A stretch of DNA of 64,000 nt from NCBI GenBank assembly GCA_965284315.1, contig OZ260072.1, positions 1,869,243 through 1,933,242 of the forward strand, in the 5' to 3' direction. The notes under the pieces are model-generated. The model did not search any database, was not told where the DNA came from, and saw only the letters and a list, made by a program, of their open reading frames with translations. A program made the translations under genes and the position numbers. Shown here piece by piece: positions 37,596 through 47,229 of the stretch (positions are counted from its first letter, which is position 1; each line of letters starts with the position of its first letter). The DNA comes from an uncultured Burkholderiaceae bacterium. GTDB lineage: Bacteria > Pseudomonadota > Gammaproteobacteria > Burkholderiales > Burkholderiaceae_C.

Positions 37596-39845
37596 ATGAA
37601 ACATTACCCGTTGGCGACTGTTCGCTTCTCGCTTGTGGCGCTGCTCTGCACCCCGTTGCTGCTGCAGGCGCAGACCGACCCCGCGCCCGCCACGACCGCG
37701 TCGGCGCCTGCCAAAGCGGCATCCGCCAAAGCGGCATCGGCAAAAAACACCCGGGCCACATCGCGGGCCAGTGAACAGGTGACGCTGGATTTTGCCAACG
37801 CCGACATCGAGGCGGTGGCCCGCACGATTGCCACCATCACCGGCCGCAACGTGGTGGTGGACCCGCGCGTCAAGGGCACGGTCAATCTGTCGAGCGACCG
37901 GCCGGTGTCACCTCAGGTGGCGTTCAACCAGTTCCTGGCCGCATTGCGTTTGCAGGGCTTCACCGTGGTGGAAAGCTCGGGGCTGTACAAGGTGGTGCCG
38001 GAAGCCGATGCCAAGGTGCAGGGCGGTTCGGTGAATGTGGGGTCTGTGGAACTGGGTCCACGCCTGGCGGGCAACCAGATTGCCACCCAGATTTTCCGGC
38101 TGAACTTCGAGAGTGCCAACAACTTGGTGCCAATTTTGCGGCCCTTGATCAGCCCGAACAACACCATCAACGTCAACCCTGGCAACAACTCACTGATCAT
38201 CACCGACTACGCCGAGAACCTGCAGCGGATGGGCCGCATCATTGCATCCATGGACGTGGCTAACGGCACCGACCTGGAGATCATCCCGCTGCGCTACGCG
38301 ATTGCATCCGACATCGCGCCATTGGTCCTGCGACTGATTGATTCCGGCGGCGGTGCTGCGGCGGGTCAAGGCCAGGCCGACACCTCGTTCCGCACCACCA
38401 TCGTGGCCGAGTCGCGCAGCAATGCGCTGATTGTGCGGGCCGCCAACCCGGCCCGTGTGGGCCTGGTGCGCACCTTGGTGGCCAAGCTGGACCAACCCAC
38501 CTCGTCCAGCCCGACTGGCAACGTGTATGTGGTGTACCTGAAGAATGCAGACGCCACCAAAATGGCGGCCATTTTGCGCGCCACCATTGGCGGACAAGGC
38601 GGGGCATCCGTCTCTGTGTCTGCAACACCTGCGACCTCGACACAGGCGGGCCTGGGCGCGCAGGGCGCAGCCGGTGGCCTGGGATCGGCCAGTGGGGGTC
38701 TGGGTGGGCTGGGCAGTCTGGCAGGGGGCAGTTCGTCCTCACAGGGCGGCGGAAGCTCTTTCTCGGGGGGCGGTGGTGCCCAACCGTCCACCGGCGGGCA
38801 AATCCAGGCCGACCCGTCCATCAACGCGCTGATCATCACCGCCAGCGAGCCGCAATACCGGCAAATCCGTGCGGTGATCGACCGACTGGATGGCCGCCGT
38901 GCGCAGGTGTTTCTGGAAAGCCTGATCGTTGAGGTGAACACCGACAAGGCCGCCCAGTTCGGCGTGCAATTGCAAACCCTGTTGGGCAACCGCGGTGGCG
39001 GTACTCTGGGCGCGGTGGGCAGCAATTTCAGTGGGGGCTCCACGGCCAACATCATTGGTGTGCAGACCACCGCCGCCAGCGGCAACCTGCCGTCGCTGGG
39101 GCAAGGCCTGAACCTTGGCGTGGCGACACGGCAGTCGAACGGCGCCTATGTGCTGAACGCGCTGGCCAGCTTCCTGGAGTCCTCCGGCAGCGGCAACATT
39201 CTGTCAACGCCCAACCTGCTGACGCTGGACAACGAAGAGGCCAAGATCGTGATTGGCCAGAACGTGCCATTTGTGTCGGGCTCCTTCACCAACACCGGTG
39301 GCACCGGTGGCGCAGTCAACCCGTTCCAGACGGTGGAGCGCAAAGACGTTGGCTTGACCCTGCGGGTGAAGCCACAAATCAGCGAAGACGGCACCATCAA
39401 GATGCAGATTTTCCAAGAGGTGTCGAGCGTGGACCCGGCGTCGGTCAACGCGCTGACGGGCTTGATCACCAACAAGCGCTCGATCGAATCGAACGTGGTG
39501 GTGGACGACGGTTCCATCGTGGTGCTGGGCGGTTTGTTGACCGACGAGTACTCCGGTTCGGCGCAGCAGGTGCCTTTGCTGGGCAACATCCCTTACCTGG
39601 GCAATCTGTTCAAGAACCAGAACCGCTCGCGCAAGAAAACCAACCTGATGATGTTCCTGCGCCCGGTGGTGGTGCGCGATGGCGACTCCACCGAGCGCCT
39701 GTCGCTGGACCGCTACGACTTCATGCGCCGCAAGGAAATCGAGGCCCAGCCCAAGCCCAACGCGGTGATGCAGGTCAACGAGTCGGCGCTGTTGCCCGCA
39801 TTGCGGCCTTCTTCCAGAATCCAGCCAGCGCCGGACAAGCAGTAA
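37596..39845 (+). CDS. gspD: type II secretion outer-membrane secretin GspD
   Basis: Signal peptide, N0-N3 domains, and C-terminal secretin domain (VPLLGNIPYLGNLF...LMMFLRP). Confidence 0.95.
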   Translation: MKHYPLATVRFSLVALLCTPLLLQAQTDPAPATTASAPAKAASAKAASAKNTRATSRASEQVTLDFANADIEAVARTIATITGRNVVVDPRVKGTVNLSSDRPVSPQVAFNQFLAALRLQGFTVVESSGLYKVVPEADAKVQGGSVNVGSVELGPRLAGNQIATQIFRLNFESANNLVPILRPLISPNNTINVNPGNNSLIITDYAENLQRMGRIIASMDVANGTDLEIIPLRYAIASDIAPLVLRLIDSGGGAAAGQGQADTSFRTTIVAESRSNALIVRAANPARVGLVRTLVAKLDQPTSSSPTGNVYVVYLKNADATKMAAILRATIGGQGGASVSVSATPATSTQAGLGAQGAAGGLGSASGGLGGLGSLAGGSSSSQGGGSSFSGGGGAQPSTGGQIQADPSINALIITASEPQYRQIRAVIDRLDGRRAQVFLESLIVEVNTDKAAQFGVQLQTLLGNRGGGTLGAVGSNFSGGSTANIIGVQTTAASGNLPSLGQGLNLGVATRQSNGAYVLNALASFLESSGSGNILSTPNLLTLDNEEAKIVIGQNVPFVSGSFTNTGGTGGAVNPFQTVERKDVGLTLRVKPQISEDGTIKMQIFQEVSSVDPASVNALTGLITNKRSIESNVVVDDGSIVVLGGLLTDEYSGSAQQVPLLGNIPYLGNLFKNQNRSRKKTNLMMFLRPVVVRDGDSTERLSLDRYDFMRRKEIEAQPKPNAVMQVNESALLPALRPSSRIQPAPDKQ

Positions 39846-39858
39846 GCAAGGGATTTTT

Positions 39859-41250
39859 GTGCGTTACCCGCTTCCGTACGCCTTTGCGCGCACCCACAAA
39901 CTGCTGTTGCTCGACGACGGCAAGGACCTGAGCCTGTGCCGCAGTGACGGGACTTCCCCTGGCGCGCTGGGCGAGGTGATGCGCAAGTTCGACATCCGCA
40001 CGGTGGAGCGGTTGCCAAACGATGTGCTGGTCCAGCGCATCAGCGTGGCGTATTCGCAGGGCGAGTCGAGCGCCGCCACCGTGGTCAGCGAGGTTGAGAA
40101 CGACGCCGACCTGTCACGCATGATGCAAGACTTGCCGGCGGTGGAAGACCTGCTGGAGTCGGCCGACGACGCGCCCATCATCCGCATGCTCAACGCCCTG
40201 CTGACGCAGGCCGCGCGCGACGGCGCCAGCGACATCCACATTGAGCCGTACGAGCGCCATTCGTCGGTGCGTTTCCGGGTGGACGGCACGCTGCGCGAGG
40301 TGGTGCAGCCCAACCGGGCCTTGCACGCCGCCCTGATCTCGCGCCTCAAGATCATGGCGGAACTGGACATCTCCGAAAAGCGTTTGCCGCAAGACGGCCG
40401 CATCAGCCTGCGCATCGGCACCCGCGCGGTGGACGTGCGGGTCAGTACCCTGCCCAGCGCCCATGGCGAGCGGGCGGTGCTGCGTTTGCTCGACAAGAGC
40501 GAGAGCAAGCTGAGCCTGGAATCGGTGGGTATGGAGGGCGATGTGCTGGCGCGGCTGGAAAGCCTGGTGTTGCAGCCGCACGGCATCATTCTGGTGACGG
40601 GCCCGACAGGTTCCGGCAAGACCACCACGCTCTACGCAGCGCTGCAGCGGCTCGACGCCAGCAAGCAGAACATCATGACGGTGGAAGACCCGATTGAATA
40701 CGAGCTGTCCGGCGTGGGCCAGACGCAGGTGAATGCCAAGATCGACCTGACCTTTGCCAAGGCCTTGCGCGCCATCCTGCGCCAGGACCCGGACGTGATC
40801 ATGATCGGTGAGATCCGCGACTACGAAACCGCGCAGATCGCCATCCAGGCCTCACTCACCGGCCACCTGGTGCTGGCCACGCTGCACACCAACGACGCGG
40901 CCAGCGCCGTGACCCGCCTGACCGACATGGGGGTGGAGCCTTTCCTGCTCAGCTCGTCGCTGCTGGGTGTGCTGGCGCAGCGGCTGGTGCGCAAGCTCTG
41001 CACGTCGTGCGGCGGGGCGGGCTGTGGCGAATGCGGGCAAACCGGCTACCAGGGCCGCACCGGTGTGTTCGAACTGCTGGTGACCGACGACAACATGCGC
41101 GCGTTGATCCACAACCAGGTGGCCGAAGCCGACATCCGCGCCGCGGCACTGAAGGCCGGCATGTCGCTGATGCGTGACGACGGTGAGCGGCTGGTGCGTT
41201 CCGGCATTACCTCGCGTGAAGAGCTGGTTCGCGTAACACGCGAGTCCTGA
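39859..41250 (+). CDS. gspE: type II secretion ATPase GspE
   Basis: Walker A GPTGSGKTT, Asp/His boxes, and a tetracysteine motif (CTSCGGAGCGECGQTGYQGR). Confidence 0.95.
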   Translation: MRYPLPYAFARTHKLLLLDDGKDLSLCRSDGTSPGALGEVMRKFDIRTVERLPNDVLVQRISVAYSQGESSAATVVSEVENDADLSRMMQDLPAVEDLLESADDAPIIRMLNALLTQAARDGASDIHIEPYERHSSVRFRVDGTLREVVQPNRALHAALISRLKIMAELDISEKRLPQDGRISLRIGTRAVDVRVSTLPSAHGERAVLRLLDKSESKLSLESVGMEGDVLARLESLVLQPHGIILVTGPTGSGKTTTLYAALQRLDASKQNIMTVEDPIEYELSGVGQTQVNAKIDLTFAKALRAILRQDPDVIMIGEIRDYETAQIAIQASLTGHLVLATLHTNDAASAVTRLTDMGVEPFLLSSSLLGVLAQRLVRKLCTSCGGAGCGECGQTGYQGRTGVFELLVTDDNMRALIHNQVAEADIRAAALKAGMSLMRDDGERLVRSGITSREELVRVTRES

Positions 41251-41255
41251 CCCGC

Positions 41256-42503
41256 ATGCCCGCGTACACCTTTGAAGCCATCGACGCCCAGGGCCAGACC
41301 CGCAAGGGCGTGATCGATGCCGAAACCGCGAAGGCGGCACGCAGCACGCTGCGGGCGCAGTCCCTGGTGCCATTGCTGGTGGAACCAGTCAAGGGCGGCG
41401 GTGTGCCGGGCGCGGCGGGCACGGCCAAGCGCGGTGACTGGAAGAACATCAACATCTACACCAGCCGGATCTTCAGCACCACCGCGCTGACCATCTGGAC
41501 GCGGCAGGTGGCCGGTCTGGTGTCGTCCGGCCTGCCGCTGGAACGGGCGCTGACGGCCTTGTCGGAAGAAGCGACCGACGAACGGCAACGCAACCTGGTC
41601 GCGTCGCTGCGCTCCGAGGTGAACAGCGGCTCGACCTTTTCCAAAGCCCTGAGCCAGCACCCGCGCGAGTTCTCCGACATCTACACCGCGGTGATCGGCG
41701 CCGGCGAGCAAAGCGGCAACCTTGGTGTGGTGCTGGAGCGCCTGGCCGACGACCTGGAAGAGCGCCAGGCCCTGCGCGGCAAACTGATTGGCGCCATGCT
41801 GTACCCGGCCATCGTCACGCTGATTGCCATCGTGATCGTGATGTTCCTGGTGGGCTACGTGGTGCCGCAGGTGGCCAACGTGTTCGCTGGCAGCAAGCGC
41901 GCCTTGCCGCTGTTGACGGTGGTCATGCTGGCCATCAGCGACGTGGTGAAAAACTACGGCTGGCTGGCCTTGCTAGTGTTGGTGGCGGGTGGCGTTGGGG
42001 CCAAGTTCCTGCTGGCCAACGAGGCGATCCGCCAGCGGTTTGATGCGGCCGTGCTGACCTTGCCACTGGTCGGCCCGCTGGCCCGGGGCTACAACGCGGC
42101 CCGCTTCACGGGCACGCTGGCCATGCTGGCCGGTGCCGGTGTGCCGATTCTGAAAGCCCTGCAGGCCGCGGCCGAAACCCTGGGCAACCAGGCCATGCGC
42201 GCCGATGCGCTGGACGCGCTGGTGCTGGTGCGCGAAGGCGCGCCGCTGGCGTCGGCGATGGCGCAAAAGAAACGCTTTCCCGGGCTGGTGAGCATGTTCT
42301 CGCGGCTCGGCGAGCAAACTGGCCAGCTGCCGGTGATGCTGCAACGTGCGGCCCAGCAGCTCAGCGCCGAAGTGCAACGCCGCGCGTTTGCGTTGGCCAC
42401 CATTCTGGAGCCGCTGCTGATTGTGGTGATGGGCATGGTGGTGATGCTGATCGTGCTCGCGGTGCTGCTGCCCATCATCGAGCTCAACCAGCTCGCCAGG
42501 TAG
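41256..42503 (+). CDS. gspF: type II secretion inner-membrane platform protein GspF
   Basis: Duplicated T2SSF domains and three TM helices. Confidence 0.95.
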   Translation: MPAYTFEAIDAQGQTRKGVIDAETAKAARSTLRAQSLVPLLVEPVKGGGVPGAAGTAKRGDWKNINIYTSRIFSTTALTIWTRQVAGLVSSGLPLERALTALSEEATDERQRNLVASLRSEVNSGSTFSKALSQHPREFSDIYTAVIGAGEQSGNLGVVLERLADDLEERQALRGKLIGAMLYPAIVTLIAIVIVMFLVGYVVPQVANVFAGSKRALPLLTVVMLAISDVVKNYGWLALLVLVAGGVGAKFLLANEAIRQRFDAAVLTLPLVGPLARGYNAARFTGTLAMLAGAGVPILKALQAAAETLGNQAMRADALDALVLVREGAPLASAMAQKKRFPGLVSMFSRLGEQTGQLPVMLQRAAQQLSAEVQRRAFALATILEPLLIVVMGMVVMLIVLAVLLPIIELNQLAR

Positions 42504-42504
42504 C

Positions 42505-43419
42505 ATGGGCGCATCACTCGACGGCAAGCTGGTGGTCGCGATCTCGTCGCGGGCGCTGTTCAACCTCGAAGAGGAGAACAGCCTTTTCGACACTGGCGAT
42601 CTTCAAGCCTACATGCAACTCCAGCTGGAGCGGCTGGATGTACCGGCAGCACAAGGGGTTGCGTATTCGCTGATTCAAAAGTTGCTGAGCTTCAACGCAG
42701 ATGGTCAGCAACGGGTCGAGGTCGTGATGTTGTCTCGGAACGATCCGGTTTCCGGCATGCGAATTTTCCGTTCCAGCGTGGCGGCAAAGATCAAGTTGGA
42801 GCGAGGCGTATTCACGCAAGGTCGGCCGCCTTTTGGTTATTTGCGGCCTTTGCGTGCCCATTTGTTCCTCTCGGCCAACGCGGACGATGTGCGTGACGCA
42901 CTGAGAGCGGGTTTTCCTGCCGCCAGGGTGATTGTGGAGTCCGTGCCGGCCAGCAAGGCTTGGCCCAATGAAGTGCGGATCGCATTCGACGGTGATGCGG
43001 TGCTCTTTTCTGATGAGGCCGAGCGCGTGTTTCAGTCAGAGGGTCTTGATGCATTCCAGCGGCATGAATCCAGCAAGGCGCTGTTGCCGTTGCCTGGTGG
43101 CCCTTTTAAACCGCTTTTAGAAGCATTGCACCGATTACAGCGAGCTGGCGGGACGGGCATGCGCATCCGTACGGCGTTGGTTACTGCCCGAAGTGCGCCA
43201 GCACACGAGCGTGCGATTCGTACCTTGATGAATTGGAACATCCGGGTGGACGAGGCGATGTTCCTCGGCGGCCTGCCCAAAGGGGAGTTCCTGCGCGAGT
43301 TCGAGCCCGATTTCTTTTTCGACGACCAGACCGGCCACATCGAATCGGCCGCGCAACATGTGCCCGCCGGCCATGTGGCCTCCGGCATTGCCAACCTGCC
43401 CGGCGTCCCGCCGGCCTGA
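42505..43419 (+). CDS. cytosolic 5'-nucleotidase family protein (PF06189-like)
   Basis: N-terminal KLVVAISSRALFNLEEEN pattern, as I recall it for this family. No signal peptide. Starts 1 nt after the gspF stop. Lower GC (55% in one counted line). Confidence 0.6.
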   Translation: MGASLDGKLVVAISSRALFNLEEENSLFDTGDLQAYMQLQLERLDVPAAQGVAYSLIQKLLSFNADGQQRVEVVMLSRNDPVSGMRIFRSSVAAKIKLERGVFTQGRPPFGYLRPLRAHLFLSANADDVRDALRAGFPAARVIVESVPASKAWPNEVRIAFDGDAVLFSDEAERVFQSEGLDAFQRHESSKALLPLPGGPFKPLLEALHRLQRAGGTGMRIRTALVTARSAPAHERAIRTLMNWNIRVDEAMFLGGLPKGEFLREFEPDFFFDDQTGHIESAAQHVPAGHVASGIANLPGVPPA

Positions 43420-43506
43420 GCCAGCCCAACCACCGGGTTGAACTTTCCCGGCCAGGGCAGCCTCTGTCTTGCCAGCCTCCTTTTTGCTTCTACCGAGAAC
43501 CTGCCC

Positions 43507-45285
43507 ATGCGCCTGTCTGCCAAATTCGCGTCGTTCACCGCGTTCTGCCGCAAGGTCTGGGCGCTGTCGGTGCCGTACTTCCAGTCTGACGAAAAATGGA
43601 AAGCGCGTGCGCTGCTGGCCGCCATCGTGGTGTTGAACCTGGCGGCGGTGTACATGCTGGTGCTGCTCAACGAGTGGAACCGGGTGTTTTACGACGCGCT
43701 GCAAAACAAGGACGCCGCTGTGTTCTGGGCGCAGCTGGTGCGGTTCTGCTGGCTCGCGTTCGGGCTGATTGTGATCTCGGTCTACCGCTTCTACCTGACG
43801 CAGCTGCTGGAAATGCGCTGGCGCGCCTGGATGACCGGCGCCTACCTTGGCCGCTGGTTGGCCAACCAGGCCTTCTACCGCATCGAACTGGCCCGGTACG
43901 CCGCCGCCCACGGGGCCAGCCCCGACAACCCTGACCAGCGCATCCAGCAGGACCTGAACCTGTTCACCAGCCAGACCATTTCGCTCAGCATGGGGCTGCT
44001 CAACGCGCTGGTCACGCTGGTGAGTTTTGTGGGCATCCTGTGGGGGCTGAGCGGTGCTTTCGCCTTCGATCTGGGCGGCAGCAGCTACACCATTCCCGGC
44101 TTCATGGTCTGGGCGGCGGTGGCCTACTGCGGCGTCGGCAGCGTGATCACGCACTACATTGGCCGGCCACAGATCAAGCTCAACTTCGAGCAGGAACGCG
44201 TTGAGGCCGACTTTCGCCACCACCTGGTGCGGGTGCGGGAGTACAGCGAATCGATCGCGCTCGACAAAGGCGAGGCGGTCGAACGCCAGCACCTGGGCCT
44301 GCGGTTTGACCGGGTGCTGGTGAACTACCTCCGGCTGATCAAGGCACAGAAGAACCTGACCTGGTTCACCGTGGGCTTTGGCCAGGCGGCGGTGGTGTTC
44401 CCGTTTGTGGTGGCCGCACCGCGCTTTTTCAGTGGCGCCATCCAGTTGGGTGAGCTGATCCAGATCTCGTCGGCCTTCGGCCGGGTGCAGGACTCGCTGA
44501 GCTGGTTTGTGGACAATTACGCCGGTTTGGCCAGTTGGCGGGCCACCACCGACCGTTTGACCGGGTTTGAAGCCTCTTTTAGCCGGTTGGCCTCAGTGAA
44601 ACCTGGTGGTAGTGCTATCAATACTGTAGTAAGTGACGGTTCACTCCAAGCCCACGACCTGACCTTGGCCCTGCCCGACGGCGGCCTGCTGCTCGCCAAC
44701 GCCTCGCTGCAGGCCGAGCCGGGCGAGGCGGTGTTGCTGCAGGGGCCTTCGGGCAGCGGCAAGTCCACCCTGTTCCGGGCGCTGGCGGGCATCTGGCCGC
44801 ATGCCACCGGGCAGGTGGCGCTGCCGGCCGACAGCATGTTCCTGCCGCAACGCCCCTATTTCCCCAACGGCCCGCTGCGCGACGCGCTGGCCTATCCCCT
44901 GCCCGCTGCACAGTACAGCGACGCGGCGCTGAAACAGGCGCTGACCGACGCGCTGTTGCCCGATTTGGCCGACAGCCTCGACGAAGAAGGCGCCTGGGGC
45001 CAAAAACTCTCGGGCGGGGAGCAGCAGCGCCTGGCGGTGGCGCGGGTGCTGTTGAAACGGCCCAAGTGGGTGTTTGCCGACGAGGCCACCAGCGCGCTGG
45101 ACGAAGCGGCCGAAGCCACCCTCTACCAGCGCCTGCAGGCGCTGGTGCAGTCAACCGGCGGGGCCTTGGTGTCCATCGCGCACCGGCCCGGCGTGGCGGC
45201 ATTTCACAACCGCCAGTGGGTGCTCACGCCGCAGGCCAACGGCGCGCCCGCCGCCTACGGGTTGAGCGCCACGCCGGCGGTGTAA
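43507..45285 (+). CDS. ABC transporter ATP-binding protein/permease (SbmA/BacA-type TMD fused to NBD, YddA-like)
   Basis: N-terminal SbmA_BacA-like membrane domain. C-terminal NBD with [35 protein letters not shown]. Confidence 0.85.
   Translation: MRLSAKFASFTAFCRKVWALSVPYFQSDEKWKARALLAAIVVLNLAAVYMLVLLNEWNRVFYDALQNKDAAVFWAQLVRFCWLAFGLIVISVYRFYLTQLLEMRWRAWMTGAYLGRWLANQAFYRIELARYAAAHGASPDNPDQRIQQDLNLFTSQTISLSMGLLNALVTLVSFVGILWGLSGAFAFDLGGSSYTIPGFMVWAAVAYCGVGSVITHYIGRPQIKLNFEQERVEADFRHHLVRVREYSESIALDKGEAVERQHLGLRFDRVLVNYLRLIKAQKNLTWFTVGFGQAAVVFPFVVAAPRFFSGAIQLGELIQISSAFGRVQDSLSWFVDNYAGLASWRATTDRLTGFEASFSRLASVKPGGSAINTVVSDGSLQAHDLTLALPDGGLLLANASLQAEPGEAVLLQGPSGSGKSTLFRALAGIWPHATGQVALPADSMFLPQRPYFPNGPLRDALAYPLPAAQYSDAALKQALTDALLPDLADSLDEEGAWGQKLSGGEQQRLAVARVLLKRPKWVFADEATSALDEAAEATLYQRLQALVQSTGGALVSIAHRPGVAAFHNRQWVLTPQANGAPAAYGLSATPAV
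44564..44637 (-). repeat. dispersed repeat element, copy embedded in frame in the ABC transporter linker
   Basis: The reverse complement reads cttactacagtattgatagcactaccaccaggtttcactgaggccaaccggctaaaagaggcttcaaaccc. It encodes [26 protein letters not shown]. Confidence 0.7.
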
Positions 45286-45971
45286 CGAGCGTGGCCGGCG
45301 GCGCGCAGCGCGCAGGCCGGGCAGCTGCCGCAGCCGTAGCCCCAGCCGTGGCGGTGTTCGCGGTCGCCCAGGTAGCAGGTGTGGGTGTGTTCGACGATCA
45401 GGTCGATCAGGGGCTGGCCGCCCAGGTCGTGTGCCAGTTGCCAGGTTTGCGCCTTGTCGATCCACATCAGTGGCGTGTCGATCAGAAAGCGCTTGTCCAT
45501 GCCGAGCGAGAGCGCGAGCTGCATCGCCTTCATGCTGTCGTCGCGGCAGTCGGGGTAGCCGGAGAAGTCGGTCTCGCAGACGCCCGTGACGATCACCTCC
45601 AGGTCGCGCCGGTAGGCGAGCGCCGCCGCCAAGGTGAGGAACAACAGGTTGCGGCCCGGCACAAAGGTGTTGGGCAGGCCGGAGCTTTCCATTTTGAAAG
45701 CCGTGTCACGCGTGAGTGAGGTCTCGCTCACCTGGCCGAGCACTGCCAGGTCGAGCAGGTGGTCTTCGCCCAGCTTGGGCGCCCAGTGCGGGAACTGCCG
45801 CTTGATCTGGTCCAGCACCTGCAACCGCGCCTGCAGCTCGACGCTGTGGCGTTGCCGGTAGTCGAAAGCGACCGTCTCGACCCGTTCGTAGCGCGACAGC
45901 GCCAACGCCAGGCAGGTGGTGGAGTCTTGCCCGCCCGAGAACAAGACCAGGGCGTTTTTGTGCATGGCCAC
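45255..45971 (-). CDS. queC: 7-cyano-7-deazaguanine synthase
   Basis: PP-loop [11 protein letters not shown] and C-terminal zinc cysteines (CYLG...GCGSCPAC). Confidence 0.93.
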   Translation of the reverse strand: MAMHKNALVLFSGGQDSTTCLALALSRYERVETVAFDYRQRHSVELQARLQVLDQIKRQFPHWAPKLGEDHLLDLAVLGQVSETSLTRDTAFKMESSGLPNTFVPGRNLLFLTLAAALAYRRDLEVIVTGVCETDFSGYPDCRDDSMKAMQLALSLGMDKRFLIDTPLMWIDKAQTWQLAHDLGGQPLIDLIVEHTHTCYLGDREHRHGWGYGCGSCPACALRAAGHARYTAGVALNP

Positions 45972-45980
45972 GTCAGACTT

Positions 45981-46643
45981 TCAACCCAGCACGCGCAGCA
46001 AAAAGCGGTTGATGTCGGCGATCTCTTCGGCGCAGACCGAGTGCGGCATCGGGTACTCGTGCCATTCGGGTGCGTAGCCCAGCGCCTGCAGCGCATCGCG
46101 GGAGGCCACGGCGCGGGCCAGGGGCACCACCGGGTCCACCCGGCCGTGGGCCAGAAAAATCGGCACGTCGGCGTTGGCGGCATGGCGCTCGGCGGCGGTG
46201 GTGGCGGCCAGTGGCAAGTAGCCCGACAGGCCCACGATGCCGGCCAGCCGTTCGCTGTGGCGCAAACCGGCCATCAGCGCCATGGCGCAGCCCTGAGAGA
46301 AGCCCATCAGCACAATGCGCGAGGCCGGGATGCCACGCGCCACTTCGGCGGCCATCAGCGCGTCGATCTGCGCTTGCGAGGTGCGCAGGCCGCCTTCGTC
46401 TTCCCGCCGAACCAAGTCGGTGCCGAGAATGTCGTACCAGGCGCGCATGACGTAGCCGCCGTTGATGGTCACCGGGCGGGTGGGCGCGTGGGGGAACACA
46501 AAACGAACCGCGCCCACGGCACGCAGGTCCAGCTCGTGCGCCACCGGCACGAAGTCGTTGCCATCGGCGCCCAGGCCGTGCAGCACGATGACGCTGGCGG
46601 TGGCTGGGCTGGTGGGGTTGATTTCAATCGTTTCGAGCGGCAT
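45981..46643 (-). CDS. carboxylesterase/phospholipase family alpha/beta hydrolase
   Basis: VLHGLGADGNDF and nucleophile elbow GFSQG. Internal ATG at 46643 chosen. Confidence 0.85.
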   Translation of the reverse strand: MPLETIEINPTSPATASVIVLHGLGADGNDFVPVAHELDLRAVGAVRFVFPHAPTRPVTINGGYVMRAWYDILGTDLVRREDEGGLRTSQAQIDALMAAEVARGIPASRIVLMGFSQGCAMALMAGLRHSERLAGIVGLSGYLPLAATTAAERHAANADVPIFLAHGRVDPVVPLARAVASRDALQALGYAPEWHEYPMPHSVCAEEIADINRFLLRVLG

Positions 46644-46758
46644 GGGGCGGGGCAGGGTTGGCAAAAGGCAAACTGTAGCGCATGCTTTGGGGTGGCCATC
46701 TGCAGGCACAGAGCGCCAAAATCCTGCATCATGAAGGCCTCAACCCAAGGAGCCCACC

Positions 46759-47229
46759 ATGTTGAACCGGTTTGTCAGAACGGGCTGGCTGTGGCTGCTG
46801 GCCACGGTGGTGGTGTGCAGCCATGCGGCAGGAGAAAAAACCGTTGCGGCCACAGAAGCCAAGGCGGTACAGACCGTGGTGATGGCACAGCTCGACGCGT
46901 TCGCGCGGGGCGACGCCGCCAAGGCGTTTTCCTATGCCAGCCCTGAGGTCCGCAAGGTGTTCAGCACGCCCGACCGTTTCATGACCATGGCGCGGCTGGG
47001 TTACCCCGCGCTGTTCCAGCCAGCCACGGTGACCTTCTTCAAGCCGGAACAGGCCGGCAATGGCATTCTGCAGCGGGTGCAATTGGCCGATGCCCAAGGC
47101 GTGTTGTGGGTGGCCATGTACAGCCTGCAGCGCCAGCCCGACAAGCTGTGGCGCATCACTGGCTGCACCATTGGCGTGAGCGAAGGACTGCAGACCCGGC
47201 GACGGGACGTGCCCGCCGTCAGCGTGTGA
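46759..47229 (+). CDS. DUF4864 domain-containing secreted protein
   Basis: Signal peptide and DUF4864-like pattern (QLDAFARGDAAKAFSYASPEVRKVFSTPDRFMTM). Confidence 0.6.
   Translation: MLNRFVRTGWLWLLATVVVCSHAAGEKTVAATEAKAVQTVVMAQLDAFARGDAAKAFSYASPEVRKVFSTPDRFMTMARLGYPALFQPATVTFFKPEQAGNGILQRVQLADAQGVLWVAMYSLQRQPDKLWRITGCTIGVSEGLQTRRRDVPAVSV

Noticed and set aside
45972-45980. preQ1 riboswitch upstream of queC
   Set aside because: Only 9 bp separate queC from the upstream esterase gene, so there is no room for a leader RNA.
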